Source: Cenarchaeum sp.
Lineage (GTDB): Archaea; Thermoproteota; Nitrososphaeria; Nitrososphaerales; Nitrosopumilaceae
Assembly (NCBI GenBank): GCA_965242695.1
Contig: CBDESU010000001.1
Location: forward strand, 1,216,001-1,280,000
Length of the DNA stretch: 64,000 nt
Direction of reading: 5' to 3'
The position numbers and the translations under genes were made by a program. Every line of letters starts with the position of its first letter. The first letter of the stretch is position 1. The notes below the pieces were generated by a model, which was not told the origin of the DNA, ran no database searches, and was given only the letters and a program-made list of their open reading frames with translations. This document shows, piece by piece, positions 20,500 through 29,626 of the stretch.

Positions 20500-22197
20500 C
20501 TAGTCCCCGCCCTGCGCGCCCGGCGACGCCCTACGTCCCGCCAGCCGCGCAGCCTCGCCGAACGCGGCGCGCGCCCCCTGGCTGTCACCCAGAGTCCGCA
20601 GCGTGTTGCCGCGCAGCGTGTGCCAGTCCGGCTTGTCCGGCTCCAGGCGGACGGCCTCGTCGCATGCGGCAAGGGTCTCCGAGTGGCGTCCGAGCAGCCG
20701 CAGCGCAATGCAGCGCCCCGCGTGGCCGCCGGCCCTCTCTGGGCCCAGGCGGACGGCCTCGTCGAACGCGGCAAGTGCGTCGCCTCGGCGGTCCAGCGGA
20801 ACCAGCGCGAATCCGCGCGCCTCGTGCATGGCGGCATTGTCCGGATCGAGTCGGACGGCCTCGTCGAACGCGACAAGGGCGTCGGCGTGGCGGCCCAGGT
20901 AGAACAGCGCCCTGCCGCGCGTCTCGTGCGCGCTCGGTACGCCGGGATCGAGCCGGATCGCCTCGTCCAGCGAGGCAAGGGCGTCGGCGTGGCGGCCCAG
21001 GGCGAACTGGATCCTGCCGCACCCCTCGCGCCAGGCCGGGACGCCTGCATCCAGGCAGACGGCCTCGTCTAGCGCGGCGAGCGCATCCTCGAGTCTCCCC
21101 ATGGCGAACAGCGCCTCGCCGCGGCCCGCGTGGCCGTTCGGTATGCCTCGCTCCAGGCGGACGGCCCCGTCGAATGCGACAAGTGCGTCGGCGTGGCGGC
21201 CCAGGGCCAGCAGCGCCCTGCCGCGGCCCTCGTGCCCGAGCGCGTTGTCCCGATGCAGTCCGACGGCCCCGTCGAATGCGGCAAGTGCGTCGGCGTGGCG
21301 GCCCAGGGCCAGCAGCGCCCTGCCGCGGCCCTCGTGCCCGAGCGTCATTTCCGGGTCCAGTCCGACGGCCTCGTCGAACGCGGCAAGGGCATCGGCGTGG
21401 CGGTCTAGGTAGTGCAGGGACCTGCCGCGGCCCTCGTGCGCCCCGGCGCGCCCCGGGTCCAGGCGGACGGCCTCGTCGAACGCGGCAAGTGCGTCGGCGT
21501 GGCGGCCCAGGCTGCGCAGGGCCCAGCCGCGCTCCTCGTGCATGTCGGCGCCCTCGGGGTCCAGGCGGACGGCCTCGTCGAGCGCTGCCAGGGCATCGGC
21601 GTGTCGCCCGAGCCCGGCCAGGGCCGCGCCGCGGCCCGCGTGGCTGGCAGAGGTGCCGGGGGCAAGGCGGACGGCCTCGTCGAGCGCCTCAAGGGACTCT
21701 GCATCGCGGCCAAGCTGGTGCAGCGTCCAGCCGCGGCCCGCGTGGCCGGCGGCGCCCTCGGGATCCAGGCGGGCGGCCTCGTCGAACGCGGCAAGGGCAT
21801 CGTCGTCGCGGCCGAGGTAGAACATCGCCTTGCCGCGGCCCGCGTGGCTCTTGGAATCGCTCGGATCCAGGCGGACGGCCTCGTCGAACGCGGCAAGGGC
21901 ATCGTCGTGGCGATCGAGGACAAGCAGCGCCGCGCCGCGGCCCGCGTGTCCGGCGGCGCTGCCGGGATCCAGGCCGACGGCCTCGTCGAACGCGGCCAAG
22001 GCATCGTCGTGGCGGCCGAGGCGGTACAGGGCCACGCCGCGGCCCGCGCGGCATTCGGAGTCGCTCGGGGCAAGTCTTGCGGCCTCGTCGAACGCGGCAA
22101 GGGCATCGGCAGGGGCGTCCCTTTTGAGCGCCTCGCGGCCCCCGGCAACAAGCCGGCTGCGCTGCTCGGCGTCCCTGCCGCATTCCGTGCCGTCCAT
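20500..22197 (-). CDS. tetratricopeptide repeat protein (paralog of 8344-9912)
   Basis: ~16 TPRs; shared C-terminus HAGRCIALRLLGRHxETLAACDEAVRxEPDKP. Confidence 0.93.
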   Translation of the reverse strand: MDGTECGRDAEQRSRLVAGGREALKRDAPADALAAFDEAARLAPSDSECRAGRGVALYRLGRHDDALAAFDEAVGLDPGSAAGHAGRGAALLVLDRHDDALAAFDEAVRLDPSDSKSHAGRGKAMFYLGRDDDALAAFDEAARLDPEGAAGHAGRGWTLHQLGRDAESLEALDEAVRLAPGTSASHAGRGAALAGLGRHADALAALDEAVRLDPEGADMHEERGWALRSLGRHADALAAFDEAVRLDPGRAGAHEGRGRSLHYLDRHADALAAFDEAVGLDPEMTLGHEGRGRALLALGRHADALAAFDGAVGLHRDNALGHEGRGRALLALGRHADALVAFDGAVRLERGIPNGHAGRGEALFAMGRLEDALAALDEAVCLDAGVPAWREGCGRIQFALGRHADALASLDEAIRLDPGVPSAHETRGRALFYLGRHADALVAFDEAVRLDPDNAAMHEARGFALVPLDRRGDALAAFDEAVRLGPERAGGHAGRCIALRLLGRHSETLAACDEAVRLEPDKPDWHTLRGNTLRTLGDSQGARAAFGEAARLAGRRASPGAQGGD

Positions 22198-22217
22198 GCG
22201 TGCAGGCCGAACGCGCT

Positions 22218-22226
22218 GAATTTATG
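22218..22226 (-). promoter_or_regulatory. TATA-like box CATAAATTC
   Basis: gcacggCATAAATTC, 29 nt before ATG 22197. Confidence 0.7.
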
Positions 22227-22561
22227 CCGTGCGGCCGGCAGGCAGGTCGTGCAGTCCGCGGCCGCGGGGGAGGCAGGGGGCGCCCTAGCGGGCGCGGCGA
22301 TCGAAGGCATTCCCCCGGCGGGGCGGATCCCGTCCCGGCCGGCTTTGGGAGGGGCATCGCGCCGCCGGCCCGCGCGGGGCCTCGTGCGGCGGCAGGGGCG
22401 CCCAGGGTCGCCCGCAGGGAGGCACGGCTCCGGCCCATTGCGCCCCGCGGGCGCTGCGCGGCTCTTCGCAGGACATCCCGCGGCTCGGCGGCGGACGGGC
22501 CCCGATCACTCCCCCCCCCAGAAAAAATGCCCGCTGCGGGGAGAAAGCCTGGACGGAACGG

Positions 22562-22570
22562 CATAAATCG
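22562..22570 (+). promoter_or_regulatory. TATA-like box CATAAATCG
   Basis: 29 nt before ATG 22591. Confidence 0.7.
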
Positions 22571-22590
22571 AACCCGCCCGGCGCGCCCGC

Positions 22591-24027
22591 ATGGGCGGCG
22601 CTGCGGACGACGGAAGCAAAAGTAATGCCGCCCCGCGCGCGCACGGGGGACTCGGCGGCGCCTCGCCCGAAGAGAAGAGGAGAATGCCCAGCGAGGCGTC
22701 GCCTGCCGCGTTCGAGATCGGGGCGGGCCCCGTCCCCGGCAGCGCCGCGGCGCACAGGGGGCGCGGCGATGCCCTGGCGGGCCTCGGCCGCTACGAGGAG
22801 GCGCTTGCCGCGTTCGACGAGGCCGCAAGGCTCGATCCCGGCAGTTCCGCGGCGCACGCCGGGCGGTGCGGGGCCCTGATCAACCTCAAGCGCTACGAGG
22901 AGGCGCTTGCCGCGTGCGAAGAGGCCGTGCGGCTCGACGGATCCAACCACGCGGCCGCCGTGCTGCGCGGCGCGGCCCTCGTGTCCCTCTTGCGGTTCGA
23001 CGAGGCGGCGCGCGGCCTGGAAGCGGCGGCCAAGGCCGACCCCGGCAGCGCCGACGCGCACCACCTTCTTGGAATGGCGCGCGCCGGCGCCGGCGACCTG
23101 CACGGGGCGCTCGGCTCGTTCGGCAGGGCCGTGCAGTGCAATGCGCGCGATCCGCGCCTGCGCGTCACGTACGGCAACGCGCTGATCAAGGCGGGCCGCG
23201 CCGGCGAGGCCCTCGCCGAGTACGACGAGGCCGCAAGGCTCGACGAATCCTCGGCCGATGCCCATGCCGGAAGGGGCGTCGCGCTGCTCACCGGGGGCAA
23301 ACCGAGGGAGGCGCTCGCCGCGTTCACGAGGGCCGCGCGGCTCGATCCCAGTCTGTTCGAGGCGCACGTCGGGATGGGCCGCATACTCCTCGATGCGGGA
23401 AGGCACCGCAGGGCGCTCGCCGCGTTCACGAGGGCCGCGCGCATAAGCCCCGACGATCCCAACGTCCACGCTGGAAGGGGCGGCGCGCTGCTCGGCGCCG
23501 GAAGGCACCGCAGGGCGCTAGCCGCCCTAAAAAGGGCCGCATCGCTCGATCCCGGCAACTCGGTCATACCGTACAAGATGGGCGAGGCGCTGCGCGCGCT
23601 CGGCCGCGACGGGGAGGCGCTCGCCGCGTTCGAGAGGGCCGTGTCGCTGGAGCCGCGCGCGTTCGAGCCGCACTACGCGCGCAGCGAGGCGCTGCTTCAC
23701 ATGGGGCGCGCCGGCGAGGCCCTCGAGGCGTGCGACGAGGCCGCAAGGCGCGGCCCCCGCATCGGAGCAATCCACAACCTGCGCGGCCTCGTCCTCGGCA
23801 GGCTAGGCAGGCACGGGGAGTCGCTTGCCGCCTACGACGAGGCGGCGCGGCTCGAGCCCAGCTCGGGCCATGTCCTGTGCGGCCGCGGCGCGGCGCTTGC
23901 AAGCCTCGGCCGCCTGGACGAGGCGGCAGCCGCGTTCGACGAGGCGGCGCGGCTCGAGCCGGGCGACAGGTACGTCGCAAAGGCGCGCGCCGGCGTCATG
24001 CGCGCGGCGGCCGGCGGCATGCGATGA
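22591..24027 (+). CDS. tetratricopeptide repeat protein
   Basis: ~12 TPRs. Confidence 0.92.
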   Translation: MGGAADDGSKSNAAPRAHGGLGGASPEEKRRMPSEASPAAFEIGAGPVPGSAAAHRGRGDALAGLGRYEEALAAFDEAARLDPGSSAAHAGRCGALINLKRYEEALAACEEAVRLDGSNHAAAVLRGAALVSLLRFDEAARGLEAAAKADPGSADAHHLLGMARAGAGDLHGALGSFGRAVQCNARDPRLRVTYGNALIKAGRAGEALAEYDEAARLDESSADAHAGRGVALLTGGKPREALAAFTRAARLDPSLFEAHVGMGRILLDAGRHRRALAAFTRAARISPDDPNVHAGRGGALLGAGRHRRALAALKRAASLDPGNSVIPYKMGEALRALGRDGEALAAFERAVSLEPRAFEPHYARSEALLHMGRAGEALEACDEAARRGPRIGAIHNLRGLVLGRLGRHGESLAAYDEAARLEPSSGHVLCGRGAALASLGRLDEAAAAFDEAARLEPGDRYVAKARAGVMRAAAGGMR

Positions 24028-24047
24028 CGTCCCGCGCCATGGCACGG

Positions 24048-24056
24048 CATAAATCC
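24048..24056 (+). promoter_or_regulatory. TATA-like box CATAAATCC
   Basis: gcacggCATAAATCC, 32 nt before ATG 24080. Confidence 0.65.
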
Positions 24057-24079
24057 GGCGCATGGGCGGGTCGGCACGA

Positions 24080-25066
24080 ATGGGCGCTGTTCAGGACGGC
24101 AGTCGGAATCGGCGCGGGGAGGCGGCCCGCGGGCCGGACCCCGGCATCGGCACTCCCCCAGTGCCCGGCGCGATAGAAAGGGCGGGGGCAGAGCTTGCAG
24201 AGGCCTTCAAGGGCGTCATGGACGCCGGCAGGATGACGGACCGCGCCGGCAGGGCCGTCGATGCGATGGACGAGGCGCTGCGGGTAGAGGGAGAGCATCC
24301 CATAGCCCGCGTCGCGAGGGGCTATGCGAGCCTCATCAGGGGCGACTATGCAGGGGCGCTGGCCATGTTCGACGACATCCTGCGCGCCGATCCCGAAATG
24401 TTCGAGGCGCACGCCGGAAGGGGCGAGGCGCTTCTCAAGGCGGGGCGCCCCAAGAGGGCCCTCGCCGCGTTCAGCAGGGCCGCGCGCATCAATCCCGAAA
24501 TGTTCGAGGCGCACGCCGGAAGGGGCGAGGCGCTTCTCAAGGCGGGGCGCCCCAAGAGGGCGCTCGCCGCGCTCGACAGGGCCGCATCGCTCGCGCCCGG
24601 CGGCTTTGGCATCCACCTCAAGCGGGGCGAGGCGCTGCGCGTGCTCGGCCGCCCCAAGAGGGCGCTCGCCGCGCTCGACAGGGCCGCATCGATTGAGGGG
24701 AACGTGTGGACGGTGCACCTTGAGCGCGGCAGGGCCCTCCAGGACGCCGGGAGGACGGACGAGGCGCTTGCCGCGCTCGACAGGGCAGGATCCCTCGGGC
24801 CGGACCGCCACGAAGTGCCCACCGTGCGCGGCAACGTGCTCCTGAAAGCAAAGAGGTACGGCGAGGCGCTTGCGGCGTACGACGAGGCGGAGCGCCTCGG
24901 CGCCCTTGCGGCCACAGTCCAGATAGGGCGCTCCGCCGCCCTTGTCGGAATGGACCGCCTCGGCGATGCCCTTGCCGTCTTGGACAAGGCGAATCGTCTC
25001 GATCCTGGCGACAAGAAAATTGCCGAGATGCGAAGGCTGGTAGAAATCAGGATGCGGGGCAGGTAG
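24080..25066 (+). CDS. tetratricopeptide repeat protein
   Basis: ~8 TPRs; ATG 24062 is too close to the TATA box, so in-frame ATG 24080 is preferred; identical blocks at 24390 and 24492. Confidence 0.9.
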   Translation: MGAVQDGSRNRRGEAARGPDPGIGTPPVPGAIERAGAELAEAFKGVMDAGRMTDRAGRAVDAMDEALRVEGEHPIARVARGYASLIRGDYAGALAMFDDILRADPEMFEAHAGRGEALLKAGRPKRALAAFSRAARINPEMFEAHAGRGEALLKAGRPKRALAALDRAASLAPGGFGIHLKRGEALRVLGRPKRALAALDRAASIEGNVWTVHLERGRALQDAGRTDEALAALDRAGSLGPDRHEVPTVRGNVLLKAKRYGEALAAYDEAERLGALAATVQIGRSAALVGMDRLGDALAVLDKANRLDPGDKKIAEMRRLVEIRMRGR

Positions 25067-25457
25067 TGCGGCTGCACGAGGGCGGGCGCGGGGCGGCAGG
25101 GTCCGCGGCATGCGGCCGCGCGCCCCGCGGCATGCGATGCGGCGTGCGCCGCGTTCGCGGCCGCACTCCTTGCGCGCGCGAACTCTGCGCCGCCGCGATG
25201 GCCTGGACCGCAGCCGCCGCGGCCGACTGCGCGGCGCGACGGATTCCGGCCGTTCCCTCCCGTTCGCCCGCCTCCCCCCGAGCCCGCCGGGCCGCAGGCA
25301 GGGGCGCGATCCCCGCGCGGTGGCCCCGATGCGACACGGGCAGGAGGGGCCGGAAAAAAGGGAGCGTGCCGGGCGCAGGCGGGGGCTCCGGCGCCCGATC
25401 GCCTGAAGGCGGCGCCGGCAGAGGGTTGCGCCAGGCCCGGCCCCGCAGAACCCACGG

Positions 25458-25730
25458 CTACCGGGCCCGCTCGATGATCTCGACGTCGACGGACTCGATG
25501 CCGTCGCCCCCCTCGGCGCCTGCGCCCCTGCCGGCGCGCCGAACAGTCACCATGCGCGGCCGCTCAAAGTCGTCGGTGCACTCGGGGCACGAGTACGCGA
25601 GGACGCGCCGGCCGTCAGAGGCCCTCGTGCTCGACAGGTGCGGATAGTACAGCATCGCCGCGCCGCAGTCGGGGCAGTGCCGGCCGCGCGATCCGGCCGC
25701 GCCGCGCCGCTTCCCCGCCGCCGCAGCCAT
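25458..25730 (-). CDS. small zinc-ribbon protein
   Basis: HCPDCG...YSCPEC. Confidence 0.7.
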   Translation of the reverse strand: MAAAAGKRRGAAGSRGRHCPDCGAAMLYYPHLSSTRASDGRRVLAYSCPECTDDFERPRMVTVRRAGRGAGAEGGDGIESVDVEIIERAR

Positions 25731-25742
25731 AGCGCAAGCACC

Positions 25743-26378
25743 CTATTTTGGCGGGCCACGCAGCAGGATGCCCTCGATGCCTGGACCTGCCGAGTACAGC
25801 GTCGTCTTGATTCCGTCTAGCGGATCGACGGATGCATCCATCGATGCGGTGTTCCGTGCGGGATCGGTCACTTCGACGAAGAAGTTTTGCAGGCCGTCTG
25901 ACGCGGCGCCCCGCGGCAGCCCCGGCGACTCGGCGTATTTTTTTCTGGCCTCGGCCGCCATGGGACTCCCCCCGTAGCAGACGGCCGCGAGCGGGCGGGG
26001 GCCGGCCGGAAACTGAACGTCGTTTGCGGCGCAGACCTTTTGCAGTATTCTGTACAGCAACCGCATGCGCTCCTTGTTTGAAATCAGCCCAGACAGCCTT
26101 TCTACGTCCGACAGTATGCGGGACCTTCCATGGCCGCGGCACTCGGCCAGCAGCAGGCAGTCCCCCTTGACGGCGATTATGTCCGGGGCCCTCGTCGCAG
26201 CCCGCCCCCTGCCACGCGGATCACTCGACGGGCATGGTATGGAAAAAGTGCCCCAGTGTCCAGGCGGGTTGAACGCCACAACGGACCAGCCGTGCCCCAG
26301 CAGCCATTCCTTGACAGCGAACGCGACGTCGTACTCGCTGGGCAGCGGCCTCCCGCGCCGGCCGCCTTGTCCGGTCAT
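25743..26378 (-). CDS. PD-(D/E)XK restriction-endonuclease-like protein
   Basis: SEYDV..VKEWL..GW, RAPDIIAVKGDCLLLAECR; start uncertain (26378 or 26420). Confidence 0.7.
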   Translation of the reverse strand: MTGQGGRRGRPLPSEYDVAFAVKEWLLGHGWSVVAFNPPGHWGTFSIPCPSSDPRGRGRAATRAPDIIAVKGDCLLLAECRGHGRSRILSDVERLSGLISNKERMRLLYRILQKVCAANDVQFPAGPRPLAAVCYGGSPMAAEARKKYAESPGLPRGAASDGLQNFFVEVTDPARNTASMDASVDPLDGIKTTLYSAGPGIEGILLRGPPK

Positions 26379-27134
26379 GGCGGCCCCGCCCTGGCGCGCA
26401 CGGCGCCGTCGCCAAGACATGCGAGGCCGGCCGCCGGGCGGATTCGCCGCCGGCGGCGGACGGCGGATGGGCGCGCCGCGCGCATGCGCCCAAGCGCGGC
26501 GGCAGGATCGCGCGGCTGCAATTCAGGGCGGCAGCCTCGCATCCATTGCGGCCGGGGCCGCGCGACAAATTGGGGTCGCGGGGCGGCGATCGGCTGCGCG
26601 CCACTCCTCCCCGACTGATTCAACGGCCCGCTGTCGCAAGCTGCGATCCGGTGCAGCGCCTCCATCCCCGGCCCGCCCGGCTCCCCGGACGCCGCTTCCT
26701 CCGAATCTTTGCGGGCTTTGTCGGCCGGGGCCAGGCCGCGCCTCCTGCGATCGGCCCGACCTTCTGCGCCGGATGCGGCGCCCGGCCCTAGAACCAGCAC
26801 GCTGCGCCCCTGCCTTGCTTCTCGCACCACCGCGCGGCCTGCCAGGCCGCCCTTATAATCCCCAACCTGACGTGCAAGATGCGCCGGCCGGGGGCAAGGG
26901 CCACGAATTATGCAATGCCGCACTGCGGCGGCGACTCCTCGCGCCCCGTCCACGAGCGGACAGTGCGGGGCATGCTGCGACGGCTGCCGCCGCCTGCGCC
27001 GGCCTCTTGGCACCGCACGTTTCAGGGGCGCGGCCAAGGGGGAGCCGCCATGTTCCTGCAGGGGCCCGCATGCCCGTCGCGCATCGGCGCCCCGCACGGG
27101 CGGCGGCACCAGCGCGCAGCGCACGTGCCAAAAA

Positions 27135-27211
27135 TGGCGCCGCCCACCAGACTTGAACTGGCGACCAACGGATTAACAGTCCGACGCTCTACCACGCTGA
27201 GCTAGGGCGGC
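27135..27211 (-). tRNA. tRNA-Asn (GTT), CCA encoded
   Basis: GCCGCCC/GGGCGGC acceptor stem, D-arm TAGCTCAG..GGTAGAGC, anticodon loop CTGTTAA, TTCAAGT T-loop, GCCA end followed by TTTT. Confidence 0.97.
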
Positions 27212-27269
27212 CCGATCAGCGGCGCCGGCCTAGCCGATTTAACCCTTGCGACCTTCCGGCCAAGCCGGC

Positions 27270-27608
27270 CTAGCCCGGCGCCTGCGGCGGCGGCGCCGGC
27301 CCCCCGCCCCCCTCGCCCGGCGTATTGAACCGCGCAAAGAACTCGCGTATGGGCCCCGCGCGCGACTCCACAATCTCGACGATCTCGACGTGCTCGTCCG
27401 GCGTCGGCTCCCGGCGGTGGAACGACTGGAACGCGCCGAGCGCCGAGCCGACCATCTCGCCGACAAAGAACCCGCACAGAAAGTCTCCCGGCCTCTCGGC
27501 CTTCCACACGCCGCCTATGCGCGGCGAGGCGCCGGCCTTGCGGTACAGGTCGAGCGTCTCGTCGACGAGCGCCTCTGTCTTCTTGCGGAAGTCCTTGTCG
27601 AGCGCCAT
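27270..27608 (-). CDS. conserved hypothetical protein (thaumarchaeal type)
   Basis: 112-aa globular ORF directly after rpl6: GASPRIGGVW..GDFLCGFFVGEMVGSAL. Confidence 0.8.
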   Translation of the reverse strand: MALDKDFRKKTEALVDETLDLYRKAGASPRIGGVWKAERPGDFLCGFFVGEMVGSALGAFQSFHRREPTPDEHVEIVEIVESRAGPIREFFARFNTPGEGGGGPAPPPQAPG

Positions 27609-27650
27609 GCCGCTGCGCCCCCGCCCGCCCCTCCGCGCCCGGCGCGCGCC

Positions 27651-28289
27651 TCAGGCGCTTCCGGCGGCGGCATCGCCCATGCCGGCGCGCTTTTCGTACA
27701 CGTAGATGCCGTCGAGGAAGACCCGATGGTCCTTGTTCTTTACGCGCGTGTGCTGCTGGAGGTTTGCCGCCGTCTGCGCCACGTCCGTCAGCACCGGCCC
27801 CGTGATCACCACGTCCTCGCCCTGCGGGTCGACCCTGGTGCCGCGCCCGACTATCCGCGCGCGCCTCGCCGACCTCTCGCCCTGGAAGTTCTCGACGAGT
27901 ATCTCGCCGCCGTCGACCCTCACCGTGATCGGAAAGTGCGCGTACACGACCTTCATCCTCACCGTGTACCCCTCCTGCACGCCGCCGACGAGGTTGCGTA
28001 TTATCGAGCATGCCGTGTTCAGCACGGAATAGTCCCTCTTGCGCCGCCCCGTCGCCTTTGCCGTGACTGTCCGCCCGTCGCCGGAGACCTCGATCGCCAC
28101 CGGTATGCGCCTAAAGTCCTTGACGGCGTCCCCGAGCCTCCCCTTCACGCGCATCGTGCCCTTTGCAAACCGCAGCTCGACCCCGTCGGGCACCTCGATG
28201 ACCTGCTCGAGCCGCTCGGCCGGTATCGAGCCGCCGCCGCGGCGCGGCGATGCGCCGCCGGCCGCCGCCGGCTCAGTAGACGTACCCAA
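27651..28289 (-). CDS. rpl6: 50S ribosomal protein uL6
   Basis: MKVVYAHFP, VENFQGE, KNKDHRVFLDGIYVYEK. Confidence 0.97.
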   Translation of the reverse strand: MGTSTEPAAAGGASPRRGGGSIPAERLEQVIEVPDGVELRFAKGTMRVKGRLGDAVKDFRRIPVAIEVSGDGRTVTAKATGRRKRDYSVLNTACSIIRNLVGGVQEGYTVRMKVVYAHFPITVRVDGGEILVENFQGERSARRARIVGRGTRVDPQGEDVVITGPVLTDVAQTAANLQQHTRVKNKDHRVFLDGIYVYEKRAGMGDAAAGSA

Positions 28290-28665
28290 TCAGGAACCCC
28301 CCTATGCCCTCGCGGACCGCCTCGTTGTGGGACTTTACGCCGCGGCTCGTCGTCACAAGGAGCATGCCGCGGTCGTACGACGGCAGGTACTGCTGCTCCC
28401 AGAACGCGTACTCGTCCTTGCGCACCTTGAAGCGGGGCGATATGGCCCCGCACTTTGTGATGCGCGCCTTTAGCGAGACGCGGAACTTGCCGCCCCGGTG
28501 GTCGTCGATGCGCTCGTAGTCGCCGATGTACCCGTGGTCCTTGAGGACCGCCAGGACGCGCTCGCACAGCGAAGAGGCCGGGTGGACGAGGCACTCGCCG
28601 CGGCGCCGCGCCTCGGTGTTGTACAGCGTGACGAACAGGTTTGCAAGGACGTTTGTTGCCGGCAA
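28273..28665 (-). CDS. rps8: 30S ribosomal protein uS8
   Basis: TTG start, MPATNVLANL..GYIGDYERIDDHRGGKF..CGAISPRF..IGGFLIGYVY. Confidence 0.96.
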   Translation of the reverse strand: MPATNVLANLFVTLYNTEARRRGECLVHPASSLCERVLAVLKDHGYIGDYERIDDHRGGKFRVSLKARITKCGAISPRFKVRKDEYAFWEQQYLPSYDRGMLLVTTSRGVKSHNEAVREGIGGFLIGYVY

Positions 28666-28670
28666 TACGG

Positions 28671-28850
28671 TCACCTCAGCTTCCTGAACCCCAGCGAGGC
28701 GGCCACCTCGCGGAAGCACCTCCTGCAGATCATAAGGTTGTACTTTTGTATGACGGCCGTGTAGTCGCCGCACCGCCTGCACCAGCGCGAGCCGCGCCCG
28801 AACTTGTGCCTCTTGCGCCCCGTGGCCTCGTACGAGCGGTCCTTGACCAT
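28671..28850 (-). CDS. rps14: 30S ribosomal protein uS14 (59 aa, absent from ORF track)
   Basis: Manual translation MVKDRSYEATGRKRHKFGRGSRWCRRCGDYTAVIQKYNLMICRRCFREVAASLGFRKLR. Confidence 0.96.
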   Translation of the reverse strand: MVKDRSYEATGRKRHKFGRGSRWCRRCGDYTAVIQKYNLMICRRCFREVAASLGFRKLR

Positions 28851-29626
28851 CAGGCTGCCACCTCGAGTCCAAACTTGCCGGCCACGAACGAGCGCGCCTC
28901 GTCGGCCGTGATGCGGTGGGAGCGGCCCACCCTTGCCTTGTGCTTGCTGCGCTTGCGGATGCCGTACCCCGGCCTTGCAAGGGACACGCAGACGTCGAGG
29001 CCGATGATCCCCACGGTGGGGTCGTACTTTACGCCCGGTATGTCGATGTGCTCGCGTATTCCGAACGAAAAGTTGCCAAAGTCGTCAAACGACCTGCGCG
29101 CCACCGCATTCCCCTTCGCCTCGAACAGGCGCGTTGCAAGCGTCTCGGCCTGCGCGCCGCGCACCGTGACTGCCACGCCGATCGGCTCGCCCTTGCGCAC
29201 CCCAAAGTCGCGCTGCGTGCCGCGCGCGCTGCGCGGGCACGGCTTGCATCCGGATATCTGCTCCAGCGCCTTTTTTGCCGCCTCCAGCGCCGGCCCCGAC
29301 TGGCCGACGCCCATGTTGAGCACGACCTTTTCGAGGCGGATGCGCCGCATCGGGTGGTCCGGCGCCGCATCGGGCGCAGGCTGCCCGGCCGTCGACTCTG
29401 CGGCGGGCGCAGGCTGCCCGGCCGTCGACTCTGCGGCGGGCGCAGGCTGCCCGGCCGTCGACTCTGCGGCGGGCGCAGGCTGCCCGGCCGTCGACTCTGC
29501 GGCGGGCGCAGGCTGCCCGGCCGTCGACTCTGCGGCGGGCGCAGGCTGCCCGGCGGCGGCTACATCCCCCTCGGGCCGCGCCGCATCGCCGTCAATCTGC
29601 ATCTCGGCCGCCTCTGCTGCGCTCAC
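28850..29626 (-). CDS. rpl5: 50S ribosomal protein uL5 with repetitive N-terminal extension
   Basis: PMRRIRLEKVVLNMGVG..FGVRKGEPIG..GNFSFGIREHIDIPG. Confidence 0.97.
   Translation of the reverse strand: MSAAEAAEMQIDGDAARPEGDVAAAGQPAPAAESTAGQPAPAAESTAGQPAPAAESTAGQPAPAAESTAGQPAPAAESTAGQPAPDAAPDHPMRRIRLEKVVLNMGVGQSGPALEAAKKALEQISGCKPCPRSARGTQRDFGVRKGEPIGVAVTVRGAQAETLATRLFEAKGNAVARRSFDDFGNFSFGIREHIDIPGVKYDPTVGIIGLDVCVSLARPGYGIRKRSKHKARVGRSHRITADEARSFVAGKFGLEVAA
29371..29554. repeat. 33-bp perfect tandem repeat x5.6 (AGQPAPAAEST) in rpl5
   Basis: cgggcgcaggctgcccggccgtcgactctgcgg. Confidence 0.95.

Noticed and set aside
45-26000. Numerous long Arg/Ala/Gly/Pro-rich ORFs overlapping TPR genes (e.g. 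4349-6859, 9581-11842)
   Set aside because: Shadow ORFs caused by very high GC and stop-codon scarcity; no domain motifs
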